Positions 1 to 12,579 of a stretch of DNA of 64,000 nt are shown piece by piece. Position 1 is the first letter of the stretch. Each line of letters starts with the position of its first letter. The notes under the pieces are model-generated. The model was not told the origin of the DNA and ran no database searches. It was given only the letters and a program-made list of their open reading frames with translations. The DNA is from Elsinoe ampelina. Lineage: Eukaryota. The DNA lies in the NCBI GenBank assembly GCA_010093995.1, contig ML992513.1, forward strand, positions 230,578 through 294,577, written 5' to 3'. Both the position numbers and the translations under genes were made by a program.

Positions 1-500
1 ACTTATGCCGGCCTTAGTATATATATTTAAGCTTCCTAGAGGAACTAGGTTTCTTATAAAGAATATTCTTAGTAGCTATAGAGAAGGCTATAGCTCCCTT
101 ACTAGCCTTTATAGTACTATATAGCTTATAGAGTTTATAAAACTGTCTAAACTTAGTAATTAGTTTAAGTATAGTTAGTAGAGTTAGTAAATCTAGATTA
201 ATAAGATACTTATTAGTAAATGCTAGTTTAGCCTTTAAGATAGAGAGTAAGAAGTCTCTCTATAGCCTTAAGCCTTAAGCTTCTAGTAGATTATAGTTCC
301 TAGCCTTATCTATAACCTCTTTCTATTACTAAAGCTAATAGTCTATATTTTATAAGAAAGAGCTAGATAGCTACTTCCTCTAGAGTGCTTTAATCTTAAG
401 CTAAATAGCTATATTAGATAGAGTAAATCTATTCTTTAATGCTCTAAGAATAGCCTATAGATAAGGATTCTCTTCTAGTTAGATAATAGTAAGAACTTAT

Positions 501-965
501 TATTACGAACTAGTAGGACAAGCTAGAGCGTAGGGATATTAGGACTAATTAAACTACTAAGGTTATTACGTAACCTAGCCTAACGTTTACCTAGTTCTCT
601 ATCTTCTCTAGTAGCTCTACCCCGGAAACTATAGAGCACGTAGGATTACTAGCGGATATATACTTTGTCTTCTCTAGTAGCTCTACTACGGAGTATATAA
701 AGTATATAGAGTACGTAGTAAGAAATACATATATATAGAAATAGTCCTTACCTTATATAAGTACTATAGTTAACCTCGTCTAGATAGCGAATACTAGTAT
801 TACTAAGACTAGCCTTTATAATACTATCTAATTGTACTTTATTATCTATAAGATATACCTTCTCTAACTCTTACCTTAGTACTATACTACTATAGAAGTA
901 GAACTACCTCGTTCTTAGCTTAGCTTAGACTACTAATATAAGCTATATTTAGACAGTTCGTAATA
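501..965 (+). repeat. Gypsy A copy 1, 5' LTR
   Basis: Direct repeat of 7059-7523, differing by C>T/G>A transitions. Confidence 0.95.
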
Positions 966-982
966 TTTTAACTACCCTTACT

Positions 983-3900
983 ATAGTATAGTACGCTATA
1001 AGGTTAATAAGTAACTCTTACTCTAAGTTACTATTAGTATCTTCGATCGCTAGTAAGCTAGGAAAGCTTACTATTAATAACATATCTACTACTAGTTTAA
1101 CCTCGGGTAAACATAGAAGGTCTCTTAGTATAGAGAAAGAATAGAGTAAGCCTAAGTTAGAAGTGGAACTCTTCTATAAGGACTGCGCCTACTTAAGGCA
1201 CTTTCTTGTTTAACTTAAAGCCTTCTTTGCCCTAGAGAGAGATAAGTACGCTAACGACGTAGTAAAGGTCCTCTATACTAGGATATACCTTAAAGGCGCT
1301 ACCTTTAGGTAGTTCGAGCCTTATATAAGTAGCTACCTAGATAGACAACTAGGCCTAGATATAAAGGCTATCTTTAAGAGCTTTAGCATCTTCTAGGCAA
1401 AGATTAAGTAAGTCTTTAATATATCTAATAAGAAATACGTCGCTATAACGAAGATCCGACAACTATAATAACGTAGGTCTATAGCCTAGTACTATTCCTA
1501 GTTCTAATAACTTGTAATGCACCTAGACTAAGATAATAGTACTAAACATTTAGTATTCTACTAAGGACTAAGCGACTCGGTTAAAGACTAAATAATACCT
1601 AAGCTGCCTAATAGCCTCTAAGAACTAGTAGACACTATAATTGCTATTAATAACTAACTTTATAAACGACATATAGAACGTTATAGAGGATATAAGGCAA
1701 ACACTAGATATACGCGTTCCTCTCGAAACTATAGAGACCCTATAGAACTTAATACTATATACGAAGGCTGCCTCTTATAGGTATAAGGCTAAAGTTATAG
1801 AGGAAAGTTCCTTAGTAGAAAAGAGAGAGAGAAGTATAGATAAGACAATTTATATTTTAAGTGTAAAAGACCTAGGTATCGGGCTAGGGACTACTAATAA
1901 GGGGCGCTAGCCGATAGATTATATATAATAGTTGCTAGGCTAGTAGAGAAAAAGGCTAACACTACTATAGAAGACCTAACGACCTTTAGCGTAGGTAAGG
2001 AAATATAGAAGAAGTCTACGACAACTCGAGAGGTAATAGAATTCTCTTCGAATGTTACGCTTAATATCTCTATAACTAATAGTAAATAATAAAGCTAACA
2101 CGTAACGCTATTATAGATAGTATATTATAATAACTCTTGTTATATTTACTTATTAGACAAGTAGAGATCTAGTTAGTTTCTATATAAGCTATCTAAGTAT
2201 AGGTAACTAACGAAATAGCTAGACTAGGAACCTAACCTAGAAGAGCTCCCTATAATTAGTAGTAACATTAACTAACCTTAGAAGGTAGTTAGCGACAATT
2301 ACTAATATATAATTATCGAGATAAAGTATTAGGACGCAAGTGCTATATAACAATATAGTAGCCTTACCTTTAGCCCTTATAGTAAACTATAAGGAAAGGC
2401 ATATTATATATTACTCTAGAAATGTATAAATCTAGATTACGAATAGTACTATACTATTTACTTATACAATATACTCGGAGAAGAGGCTATTAGTCTTAAA
2501 TACACTACGGACTTCTTAGTAATTGAAATAGGTAGTACTATTCTCTATAGCTAAGTACGGGAATATACTTAGTGTAGCTTTACTAACTATAACTATACTA
2601 GAGGTAGTAGCGACGAAGAGGAATATAACGAAGAATATGCCGAATAACAATAATATAATAATATAGATAATAATTTATTTAACAACGACGACGATATACT
2701 ACTACTAGGCGAACGACTTAAAGTATACCTTATAGGGATATAGAGAAACTATATAATAATATACACCTATTACTAGAATAGAATATAACAAGATAAATCT
2801 ACTTAACCTACTTTTGTCTTCGATACTAATACCTAGCTACACCTAGAAGGAATAGTTATACTAATATAAGTATACGACACTACTTAGTATAACTAATAGA
2901 GAATTATTAGACTTTATAGTCATTAAGGAACGTAAGCACTAGAAGTTTACCTCGCTATGTTAAACAATAACAAGACACGACTAGCCTAATAGATATAGTA
3001 CTAATAGTAGATACGCGTAGGAAGGGATTAGCTACTTATCTAAGGCGCTATAATAACAAAAAACTAGCTAGTTGTTACCTAATAAGGTAAGATAATAACA
3101 CTAGCTAAAGCCTTAATATAATAAAGATCTACACGTTAAATTACTTTATACTAGAAGTCTAGATATAAGGAAATAAGGTAAGAGCAATAATAGATTCGGG
3201 AGCTAACTATAGCTATATCTCTATAATAGTTACTAATTAGCTTAAACCTTATTAACATTAGAAGGAGTTACCTTACCTACTTACTATAGTAAATAGAACC
3301 TCTATAGAGAAGGACGGAAAAGTTACTTAGAAACTATAAAACGTTATAATTAGAATTAGGACACATATAGAAAAATAATTAATTAATATAGTTAATATAT
3401 AGTATAATATAGTACTTAGTATAGACTAGCTTTAATAATATAATCTAGACGTAGACTAGATTAAAGGAACACTCGAATTCTCTAAGTATAATTATAGGAC
3501 ATAGGGAGTATAATTAGCTCTATAGATACTAACTATAAGAATAGTATAGGTACGACTAATAGTTAGAGCTATCGCTAGCGTAAGTAATTAAGTACTTCCG
3601 CCGGAATATAAAGACTTTAAGGACTTATTTAAAGAAAGGAAAGGCATTATAGCCTTACTCTAATATAAACTATAGAATTATAAAATACCTTTCGAAGAGA
3701 GTAAATCCCCGATATACTATTAAGGTCTTATACTACTGTCGAAATAAGAGGAGAATATCCTTAAGAACTATATCGATAAGTACTTACTTAAAGGATTTAT
3801 ATAACTATTAAAATTACCTATTACGTATAGAGTGCTTTTTACACTAAAAAAGGATAAAACATTATAAATATACATTAATTACTAGAAACTTAATACACTT

Positions 3901-6439
3901 ACTAGGAAGAATTACTATCCCCTACTAAGGATTAATAAACTTTAAGACCGACTACTTAGAGCTAAATAGTTCACTGCGATTAATATTAGGGATGCCTATT
4001 ATTAAGTATAAATAAAGAAGAGTAAGGAGTAGAAAATAGCTTTTAGAACATAATAGAGTCTATATAAGTACCTCGTTATACTCTTTAGGTTAACTAATGC
4101 TCCTATAACCTTCTAAGAGTTAATTAATAATACTCTATAAGAATACTTTAATAACTTTATCTTAGTATATTTAGATAATATTGTTATTTTCTTAAAGATG
4201 TATAATAAACATATAGGACATATTTATAAAGTACTATAGAAACTAAAAGAGAAAGACCTACTAGTAAAACTCTCTAAGTATAAGTTCTATAAGCACAAGA
4301 TACAATTTCTAGGCTATATTATATCTACTAATAGCATTAGACCTAATCTAAGGAAGATCGAGTTAGTAAATAACTAGCCGGAACCTACGATAGTTAAGGA
4401 GGTTTAAGCGCTACTAGAGTTCTTTAACTACTACTATAAGTTTGTTAAAGGATTCTTTAAGGTAGCTATACTAATATCTAACCTTACGAAAAAGAAAACT
4501 AGCTTTATCTTCGACGAGAAATGTAGGTAGGCCTTTAAGGAGCTAAAGCTTAGGCTTATAATAGTATCTATCCTAGCACTCTTTAACCTAGACCGATAAG
4601 TACTACTAGAAACGGATGCCTTAGACTTTACAATAGAAGCGTATCTAGTATAGAAGAACGTAGAAGAATAACACTACCTAATTATATACTACTTACGAAA
4701 AATAACTAGACCTAAACTTAACTACGATATATATAATAAGGAATTACTCGCGATTATAGAAGTGTTCTATAAATAGAGAGTATACCTAGAAGAGATAACC
4801 TTACCTATATAAGTCTATACCGACTATAAGAACCTTCTATATTAAACAATAACTAAGGTTCTTAATAGATAATAGATTCGATAGTTAGAAACACTTATAA
4901 GCTATAACTTCTAGATCTACTATGTTAAGGAATTAGAGAATAGCGAAGTAGACGCTCTTAGCCGCTAGTCGGATTACTTAAAAAATATAACAATAATAGA
5001 GGCCTCTATACTAAAGTAGTAGGATAGCGCTTTAGTCTATAAGCACCCGAAGGTAGAGTAGTTATATAGCCTCACCTAGGAGCTTACGTAAGAATAGAAA
5101 AAAAGAAGTTATTTAAATATACTATAATAACCTAACTATAGGATATAGTAGGATCGATAAGACTATTAAACTTATTACATAAAACTACCTCTAGAAAGAA
5201 CTCCGAAACGATATTAAGACATATATTACTATATATAATACATGCTATAAGTCTAAACACTCTCGATATAAACTATATAGCCTACTATAACTCTTACTAC
5301 TACTAGATAAACTATAGTAATTAGTTATAATAGACTTTATAGGACCTCTACTACTATTAGAAGAACCTCTTACAGGTGTAAAGTATAATAGTATTCTAGT
5401 CCTAGTAGATAGATTTACGAAGTATTACTATTTTGTACTATATAAGATAATAGTAACTACTAAGGATATAGCCTTTATCTTCCTCCGAATAATTGTTTTA
5501 TAATACGGAGTACTACGAGACTTAATAACTAATAGGGATAAGCTATTTACGTCACAATTCTAGTAATTATTTATAGACCTACTAGGAGTTAAATATAAGC
5601 TATTAACCTCCTTTTACCTATAAATAGATAGACAAACTAAATAGGCAAATTAAGTACTAGAGTAGTACCTACGCTACTACCTAAACTATAAGTAAGACTT
5701 ATAGGTAATACTATTACTACTCGTAGAGCTTGCTATTAATAATAGAAAGTTAGTAAATAGAGTTTTACTATTCTATATAAACTATAGAATACACCTAAAT
5801 CTATACTACGATATACTTAGAATTAAGCTAATATCTAAGGATATAAATAGACTAGTAGCTAACATTAAGAAGTTATATAACTAGCTATACTAAGATATAG
5901 CATTTATATTACAAAGAATAGTAGGGTTTACTAACTAGAAGAGAATTATAGGACTAATTCTATAGAAGGGAGAGAAGGTTTACCTCCTTAGTAAAAACAT
6001 TAAAACGAAACAACTAAGTAAGAAACTTAACTACACTAAACTAGGACCCTTTAAGATCCTAGAAAAGAAAAACAAAAACGTATACAAACTAGAACTACCT
6101 AGACATATAAGGATCTATCTAGTCTTTTATATATTACTATTAGAGAAAGCACTATAGGACATAGTACCTAGACTTATTAAACTAGATAAAGAAACACAGG
6201 AGCTATAATATAAAATTAAAAGAGTTTTACGTTATAAATCTATAAGGGGAAAACGTTACTATCTTATTTACTAGAAAGGATATTAGTATAGTAAGGTAAT
6301 ATAGGAACTAGAGGAACACTTTACCTCGTAAGCAATTCTAGATTACTAAACTAAAAACCTATCCTAAGTAAACTAACTAGGTAGGCTAGACGCTACTAAT
6401 ACTAAACAAAAATAAGAACGCCTAAGAAAGACTACTTAG
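983..6439 (+). pseudogene. gag-pol of Gypsy A copy 1 (gag with CCHC, protease, RT, RNase H, integrase, chromodomain), inactivated by RIP
   Basis: De-RIPed motifs: CFKCKRPGHRARDC ~1850-1895; IDSGA ~3190; YLDDI ~4168-4182; ETDASD ~4610; DGQTERAN ~5630; chromodomain YYLVHWKGY...WEPEEH ~6255-6320. Many TAA/TAG stops. Confidence 0.9.
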
Positions 6440-6984
6440 CCGATAGAAGTACCTTAATCGTCGCTAAATAAGGAACCCTAATCGGAGTTAGGTATAAATA
6501 ATTACTAATCCTATAGTAGGATAGAATCCACCGACAATAGTATTTCCTCTTACTCTAGGACTTAAATACGAGTTTCCTCTAGGTAAATTACTTTCTCTAC
6601 CTTATTCTCTAGTTTCTATATCGCTTTACATAGGCAAAGCTTATCGCCTATAGCTCTTTAATAAGCCTCTTTCGCCTTTTTATAAGCTTCTTTAGCTTCC
6701 TTTCTAGTAGCCTTAGCTATAACTAATTCCTTTTATAAACGAATATACTTAGACTAGAGACGCTACTATTCTAATTTTGTTACTTAAATATTATAATCTA
6801 AGTAGTTACTTACGACATACTAGCTATAGATACCCGACCGAATATAGACCTTATAGTCTAGCCCCTTCGATTTATAACAAGAATAAGCCTATAGCATGTT
6901 AGTTCTAAATAGTTTAATAAACTTCGAGAGATTCTTTTATATAGATATACTAGATTTACTATGCCTTTAATAACTAGAAGGCAT
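6436..6984 (-). pseudogene. Antisense ORF in Gypsy A 3' region: Zn(II)2Cys6-like cluster plus coiled coil (RIP-degraded)
   Basis: Single 549-nt frame. Six TAT codons (RIP of TGT) are spaced C-x2-C-x6-C-x8-C-x2-C-x7-C at 6885-6793, followed by a K/E/A-rich helix. Same frame and length in copy 2. Confidence 0.65.
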
Positions 6985-7058
6985 ATTTAGTATATAGCGC
7001 GTAAAGATAGAGAAGAATACTTACTTATTAGAACAACTTAATTAAAGGAGGAGAGTAA

Positions 7059-7523
7059 TATTACGAACTAGTAGGACAAGCTAGAGCGTAGAGATATTAG
7101 GACTAATTAAACTACTAAGGTTATTACGTGACCTAGTCTAATATTTACCTAGTTCTCTATCTTCTCTAGTAGCTCTACCCCGGAAACTATAGAGCGCGTA
7201 GAATTACTAGCGGACGTGTACTCTATCTTCTCTAGTAGCTCTACTACGGAGCATATAGAGTATATAGAGTATATAGTAAGGAATATATATATATAGGAAT
7301 AGTCCTTACCTTATATAAGTACTATAGTTAACCTTGTCTAGATAGCGAACACTAGTATTACTAAGGCTAGCCTTTATAATACTATCTAATTGTACTTTAT
7401 TATCTATAAGACATATCTTCTCTAACTCTTACCTTAGTGCTATACTACTATAGAAGTAGAACTACCTCGTTCTTAGCTTAGCTTAGACTACTAACGTAGG
7501 CTGTGTTTAGACAGTTCGTGACA
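7059..7523 (+). repeat. Gypsy A copy 1, 3' LTR
   Basis: Direct repeat of 501-965; ends TGACA and is preceded by the PPT. Confidence 0.95.
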
Positions 7524-7989
7524 CTTATAGTACAATTAATAACTAAATAAGGCTAGCTAAATTAGCTAAGGCCTTATACTATTTATTATATTATACTTAT
7601 TCCTCCTTATATATCTAGAAGAGTACTAAGAAGTTAGTATTTACTACCTCTAGCCTTTAAGGCTTAGGGAGCCCTTCTAGTTTAATAGTCTTCTAGGGAT
7701 TAATAAGGTTCTATATCTTAGTGTTTAATACTCTTATCTTAATAATATATAGCTAGCTAGCCTATTTAGCTAATATAGTAAGAATAATAAGTGTTCTAGC
7801 TATTAAGGTATTAGTATCTATAGTTGTTTATCTCCTTATTAATATCTAAATCCTGTAGTTATAGTTAAGGTAGTTCTTAATAGATTCTAATACTTAAAAA
7901 GTAAGATAGTAGAGAATTAACTAATAAATAGAGTAGGAAAGTAACTAAGTAATATACTTATATAGGGGTAGTTATACTAGGCTTATAAC

Positions 7990-8248
7990 TATTAACTTGT
8001 GTAGGGGAGGAAACAGGATTAATTACTGCCTAATCTACTAAACTAAGGTGGATTATAACTATATAAATACTTAACCTAGTGTACTAAAAGATAGCTAAAT
8101 TAAAAGAACTCCTTAATAGTAGCAGATTAAGACAATAATTATCTAATTTGATTATGGATTAGTAAAATGGTAAGATAGTGTTCAGTTCAACCTTGGGATG
8201 AACTGACTCAGGGTCTTCTTGGCGCTCCAGCTTATGCCTCGGTTGACA
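7990..8248 (-). repeat. Copia 5' LTR (259 bp)
   Basis: Inverted match to 59260-59518 with the same length and TG...CA termini. Confidence 0.85.
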
Positions 8249-8601
8249 GGGAAGCCCCCGGCGTTTGTCCGGGTTGCGGGGTGAACAGGCAAGCAAAAGT
8301 GGAATGAACGCGGGGTGAAAGGTCCTTAGACTCGTGAGAGTGAAGATCGTCAGGTGAAAAGAGGGCTCAGCATGTCATTCAAGGTCATTTTTCATTCGAG
8401 CGATCGACCGCTATTCGATATCGCTTTACTCCTCACAGCGATTTCGGCTGCCGCATTTCCCGTATGGCTCTCTCATGTCCACAATGCGAAGCCGCCAAAC
8501 CAGACCATACCATAACGCCGCGCTCATGAAGCTTTTCATCCTTGATGATGCTGCCGGGTTGCGACTTTACCGTCGCCATTAGTCAATTCCCCTTTTCGAC
8601 C

Positions 8602-9727
8602 CTATCGTTTCTTCCCACCTGGCCTGGGCTTGCATTCGTCCGCCTGGATTGGATGGAGCATAATCTTGTTCGGAAGCTGAGGATTGTTTGCGCCATAGCC
8701 CTTGCTCCAGTCGTATGATACAGCATAAGCGAAGATGGTCCCTGACGAGTTGAAGTCTGTTGCGGAAATTGTGCCCCCGACCTCGGGGTACCCCTTCAAC
8801 CTGTGCTTGGCGTCCTTGTCCCAGAAGTGGAATGTGCCGTCGCTGCCTGCTGTGCTGAATGTGCCGTGCTGTGGGTGGAAGGAGATGGCGTTGACAGAGT
8901 AAACGTTGGCCACATCCCGCTGGTTGGGTACGTTTTGTCTGTGGCATTTGAAGCTGAAGTTTGAGCTTGCATCCTTGTCTTCCACGTACTGGATAGCACA
9001 TCTTCCCTCAATGCTGCCGACAGCAAAACCAGTAGCGTCGGTGAAGCAGGAGACTGTGCGCGTCTGCCATTTCAGTGGACTCTGCATCTGCTTGTAGAAT
9101 TTGGCGGGCTCGTTGAGGTTGACCACGTTGATCCATCTCTCTGCCGTACCAATGACGAGAAGTTGGTCTTGCACGTCCATGCAGTATACTCGATCCTGGC
9201 ACTCCAGAGATGCCACAGGCTGCTGTTGTCGCAGGTCCCAGTATTTCACAGTCTTGTCCCAGGATCCGGTGACCAACATCGGGTTACCCTGCACCATGAT
9301 ACTCTCCACACATCGAATTGGTTGGTCATGTGCGGCGACTTGTTGAGGTGTTGTGCTATTCGCACCCAGATCGAGCATACGGGCTGCCTTGTCTGCTCCA
9401 GCACCAAAGACCTTTGTCCCGTCCTATCCATTGTGAGTTGTGCACCTCTTGACCTATTGTGAATCCTACCTTGGACCAGCATGTGTTCAATACCGGGCCC
9501 TCGTGCTCGAACAATGCCTTTCCTTGACTGTTTCCTTGCGCGTCGATCTCGTAAATGCGGACCTTCTTGTCCCAAGAAGCTACTGAGAGAAAGTCTCGCT
9601 GTGGATTGAAGGCCATGTCGGAGATGGAGTCCTCGGGAGGGTTGCTGAGCTGGACATCCTTTGTGAGATCGCCTTGTGTGGCGCTTGCTGAGCTCGAGCT
9701 GGCATTGCTGCCAAAGAGGCCAGACAT
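8602..9727 (-). CDS. RAE1: Poly(A)+ RNA export WD40 protein Rae1/Gle2
   Basis: Starts MSGLFG...DVQLSNPPEDSISD. WD40 repeats; SPLKWQTR, GSIEGRCAIQY, FSFKCHR and FAYAVSYDWSKG motifs. Intron 9424-9469 (GT..AG). Confidence 0.95.
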
Positions 9728-10806
9728 TCTGTGATTCTTCTCGCTGCTGTCGAGGTAAGTAAGAAGTCCTCTTCCCATGTTGACCAAGTATCATAGGTTT
9801 AGAGGGAGGACTCACCACTCTAGTGAAGGATTGTTATAGATCAAGGCATGTAAAGAAGCGGCGTCTCGTGTGAATGAATGGGTGTTGCAATTCCAGGCGG
9901 CAATGTGAATGTCTATCTTGCGCGTGCCTGGAGCTCGAGTTGCGATCCACGAAAAATCACGTCCGAGCTCCGCGCCGGCTGAACCTCGGAGCAGAATCGC
10001 CGCGTATTGAAAACTTCTGCTCTTTGTTTGTCTTCCTCCTTCACTTCTCGCTCGAAGAATCGCAATCAAGGCTTCCAACAGAATGTTCTTTCGTTCTCTA
10101 CATACCGCCTTGGGAGAAAGTCCCCGGACAGCTCTGCCTCGCAGAGAATGCTGAAAAGCGCCGCCATAGAAGCATCTTTCGCGGCTAAAGTCTTCCATGC
10201 CTCCATCCCCCAAGGTCACCCTTGGACTGCTTGCACTCCGTTCACGAAATTCTTGGATCTACTCTCTTCGTATCGAGGGCTATGTCTGAAGGCAGGATGA
10301 GGATACGAGTCCGTCCTAGGTATGGCGCGAGTCTGGTACTTGGTGGAAGTGACGGAGGAGGTTCATGGTCTTCTAATTTGATCAAGGGCAAGCTGGAGCC
10401 AGGTATGAATAGACCATCTTTCGTCGAGGTCGATAGATATGCGATTGCCTGTCCTCGGACATGGTAACTCGATGGGGCTTATTCTCGATGCGAGGAGTAC
10501 CACTTTTGGGTCTGGCAGGGTGGCTTGTCCACGCCTCACACTCGGTCAAACGGGTCAGATTCTATCATACGTTCAGGTGATGATGAGGATATAGAGTCAA
10601 GCACTGAATCAGTGGCGGAGAGGCATGCTTCACTGTGTGTTCTCTTCGTTCACATTCTTTGATGCTATACCATTCCTACGACGGTATCTGATGAACGAAG
10701 ATAATTTTTTCCTATTCAAAGCCCACCAGGGACTAGCTAGCAATGTAGCTGCAACTCATGATCATTCCCCATATTCCCGCCTGTCTTGCCACACCCGTCC
10801 GCCTAA

Positions 10807-11250
10807 CTATGCTGGCGGCGTACCCCTCGACGGAGGACGCCCTCCATTGTCTCTCCAGCGGATTTGCTGATCATGGACCTTTTTAGTATCAAGAAGCCAG
10901 ACCTGACAGGCACTCTCTCCTGGTCTACCGAAGAACCCCTTACCGTAGCCCTTGTCAGAACCTTTGGCACAGACGCGATAGAACTGAGAGTAGCAGTATG
11001 TCTGCGGCACCCAGGCTTGAGGGCATTGACCCTGAGGCCAGATCCAGGCCACGTTATCACCTACAGTCTTGCCGTCGGCGCCATATGCTGAGGGCACCAC
11101 GACGTTGGTGTTCGAGCAGAACTGATCGATGGCCTCGACGAGCTGAGGGTTCTTCCACATGCAGACCATGCGTGCTGTGTTGCCTAGGCTGAAGGGTTGG
11201 GCAGCGGCCAGCGCTGCCGTTGTGATGGTCGTCAGTATCGTGAAATGCAT
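10807..11250 (-). CDS. Small secreted cysteine-rich protein (candidate effector)
   Basis: 147 aa with an N-terminal signal peptide (MHFTILTTITTAALAAA) and 6 Cys in the mature region. Confidence 0.75.
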   Translation of the reverse strand: MHFTILTTITTAALAAAQPFSLGNTARMVCMWKNPQLVEAIDQFCSNTNVVVPSAYGADGKTVGDNVAWIWPQGQCPQAWVPQTYCYSQFYRVCAKGSDKGYGKGFFGRPGESACQVWLLDTKKVHDQQIRWRDNGGRPPSRGTPPA

Positions 11251-12579
11251 GATTGTATCTTGTGACAGTTGTCAGAATTATGACGAAAAGAAGAGATTGA
11301 AGTGCACAGAGGATGAATGAGTTGTGGTGGGTGTTGAAGTGTCACTGGTTGTCTTTCAGGCAGGTTTATTGACGTCCCAAATTGGTAGTCAATGGCTTTG
11401 TTTCACAAATCATCTCGCCACCGAATGTGCTATGCATAATTGACGCAACGGTACAGGTTTGAACTACGTAGATCTACAGCGTTCTGGCGATTGTGGTGGT
11501 GGTGTTCAGCAGCAAGATTGTTCGCTGAAAGATTGCGCGAAATTTGGATCACAGCCAACAATCAATGGTATATCCAACCTTCAAGACCCCCCCCCCCCCT
11601 CCCACCCCCAACTAGAAATGTGATGACCTAGTCCAAGAGTTGTGGGATGTCATTCAGACGATGTCCACGTCACATACTGTATGTGGTCTTCTAAGGTACG
11701 TCACGTTCTTCTATGTCAATCTTGTAACTCCTGTTCCCGTATCTCGCGAACCTCTGCTGTAGCATCCGGGAACCAATTCAATTTCAACTTAGTAACGAAT
11801 CCCTCGCGAGCCCTCCCCAGCACTATGCAAATAATATATTATTTTCTTTTATCATAACCACTTGGAATGATTCAGTTTTCTGTTGGATCCTGAACTCCAT
11901 CATCGGTGCTATCTTGGTCTAGCGGTATGACGCTCGCCTCACAAGCAGCAATGCAGTGTTCGCGATAGGTCCGGAGTTCGATCCTCCGAGATAGTACAAC
12001 CCTTCTGCTTGTTGGGTATTCGTTTTGGGCTTTCTGAGCTCTTGCCGGAGCCTTTTTGCGACCTGGGCGCGACCTGCTGATTTCTGCGTATCACCATCAA
12101 AACAAAAACGATATCTCGCTGTCAGAATGCTGGTTGGAGCATGAGCCGCAAGGTTTGGTTTGTCTTCGGGCCAATTCTGCCGTTGATTGATCACGCCTTC
12201 GCCATGGTGGCCTTTAGAGTTGCGTACACTTTTGCAGCCCTACCACCTTCCCAAATGCGGATCGTCTCTGGAGAACCTTCACAGCTGTCACTTCAGATCA
12301 TTGGGCTGTCACTGCTATCACGAATGGTACCGTAAATTATTGGTACATGCCCTGATCTTCTCACAATCAATGGCGGAAATGTCGTTATCAAGCATACCGG
12401 TGGGGCATGGAAGGGCAGATTATGCAGGGCTAAGGTGAGTGTCAATCTCTAGAACAACTCTTATATCTCGTGGCGCCGTTCTTAGTGTTGCTGGTCATTG
12501 CTTAGCCTATCTTGTTTTGGTCCCCTTCTTCTTTCCTCCTGCAAGACTATCGCCCTCTTGAGCAAGTCTCTGCTATAGC

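Larger units (their letters stand above)
501..7523 (+). mobile_element. Full-length RIP-degraded Ty3/Gypsy chromovirus, family A, copy 1
   Basis: 465-bp LTRs at 501-965 and 7059-7523 (3' end ...GTTCGTGACA). 5-bp TSD CTTAT at 496-500 and 7524-7528. PPT aaaggaggagag at 7044-7055. The uninterrupted Copia copy near 59980 has a single ATAAG, confirming the TSD. Confidence 0.95.
1..8248 (-). mobile_element. RIP-degraded Ty1/Copia LTR retrotransposon (5' LTR plus gag region; runs off the window), interrupted by a Gypsy element at 501-7523
   Basis: ~310-500 joined to 7529-8248 is the reverse complement of 59260-60171. LTR 7990-8248 (259 bp, TGTCAAC...GTT(G>A)A(C>T)A) is followed on the - strand by gttataagcc, a RIP form of the GTTATGAGCC-type fungal Copia PBS. 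The Copia call rests on integrase motifs downstream of the right-hand copy. Confidence 0.8.

Noticed and set aside
6400..6439. Possible AT-hook (KRGRPRK) at the end of pol
   Set aside because: It requires GGA>GAA in both copies, which is not a standard RIP context. Not supportable from two copies.
8277..8320. GCGGGGTGAA repeated twice next to the Copia LTR
   Set aside because: Too short to assign, and no RNA gene structure recognised.
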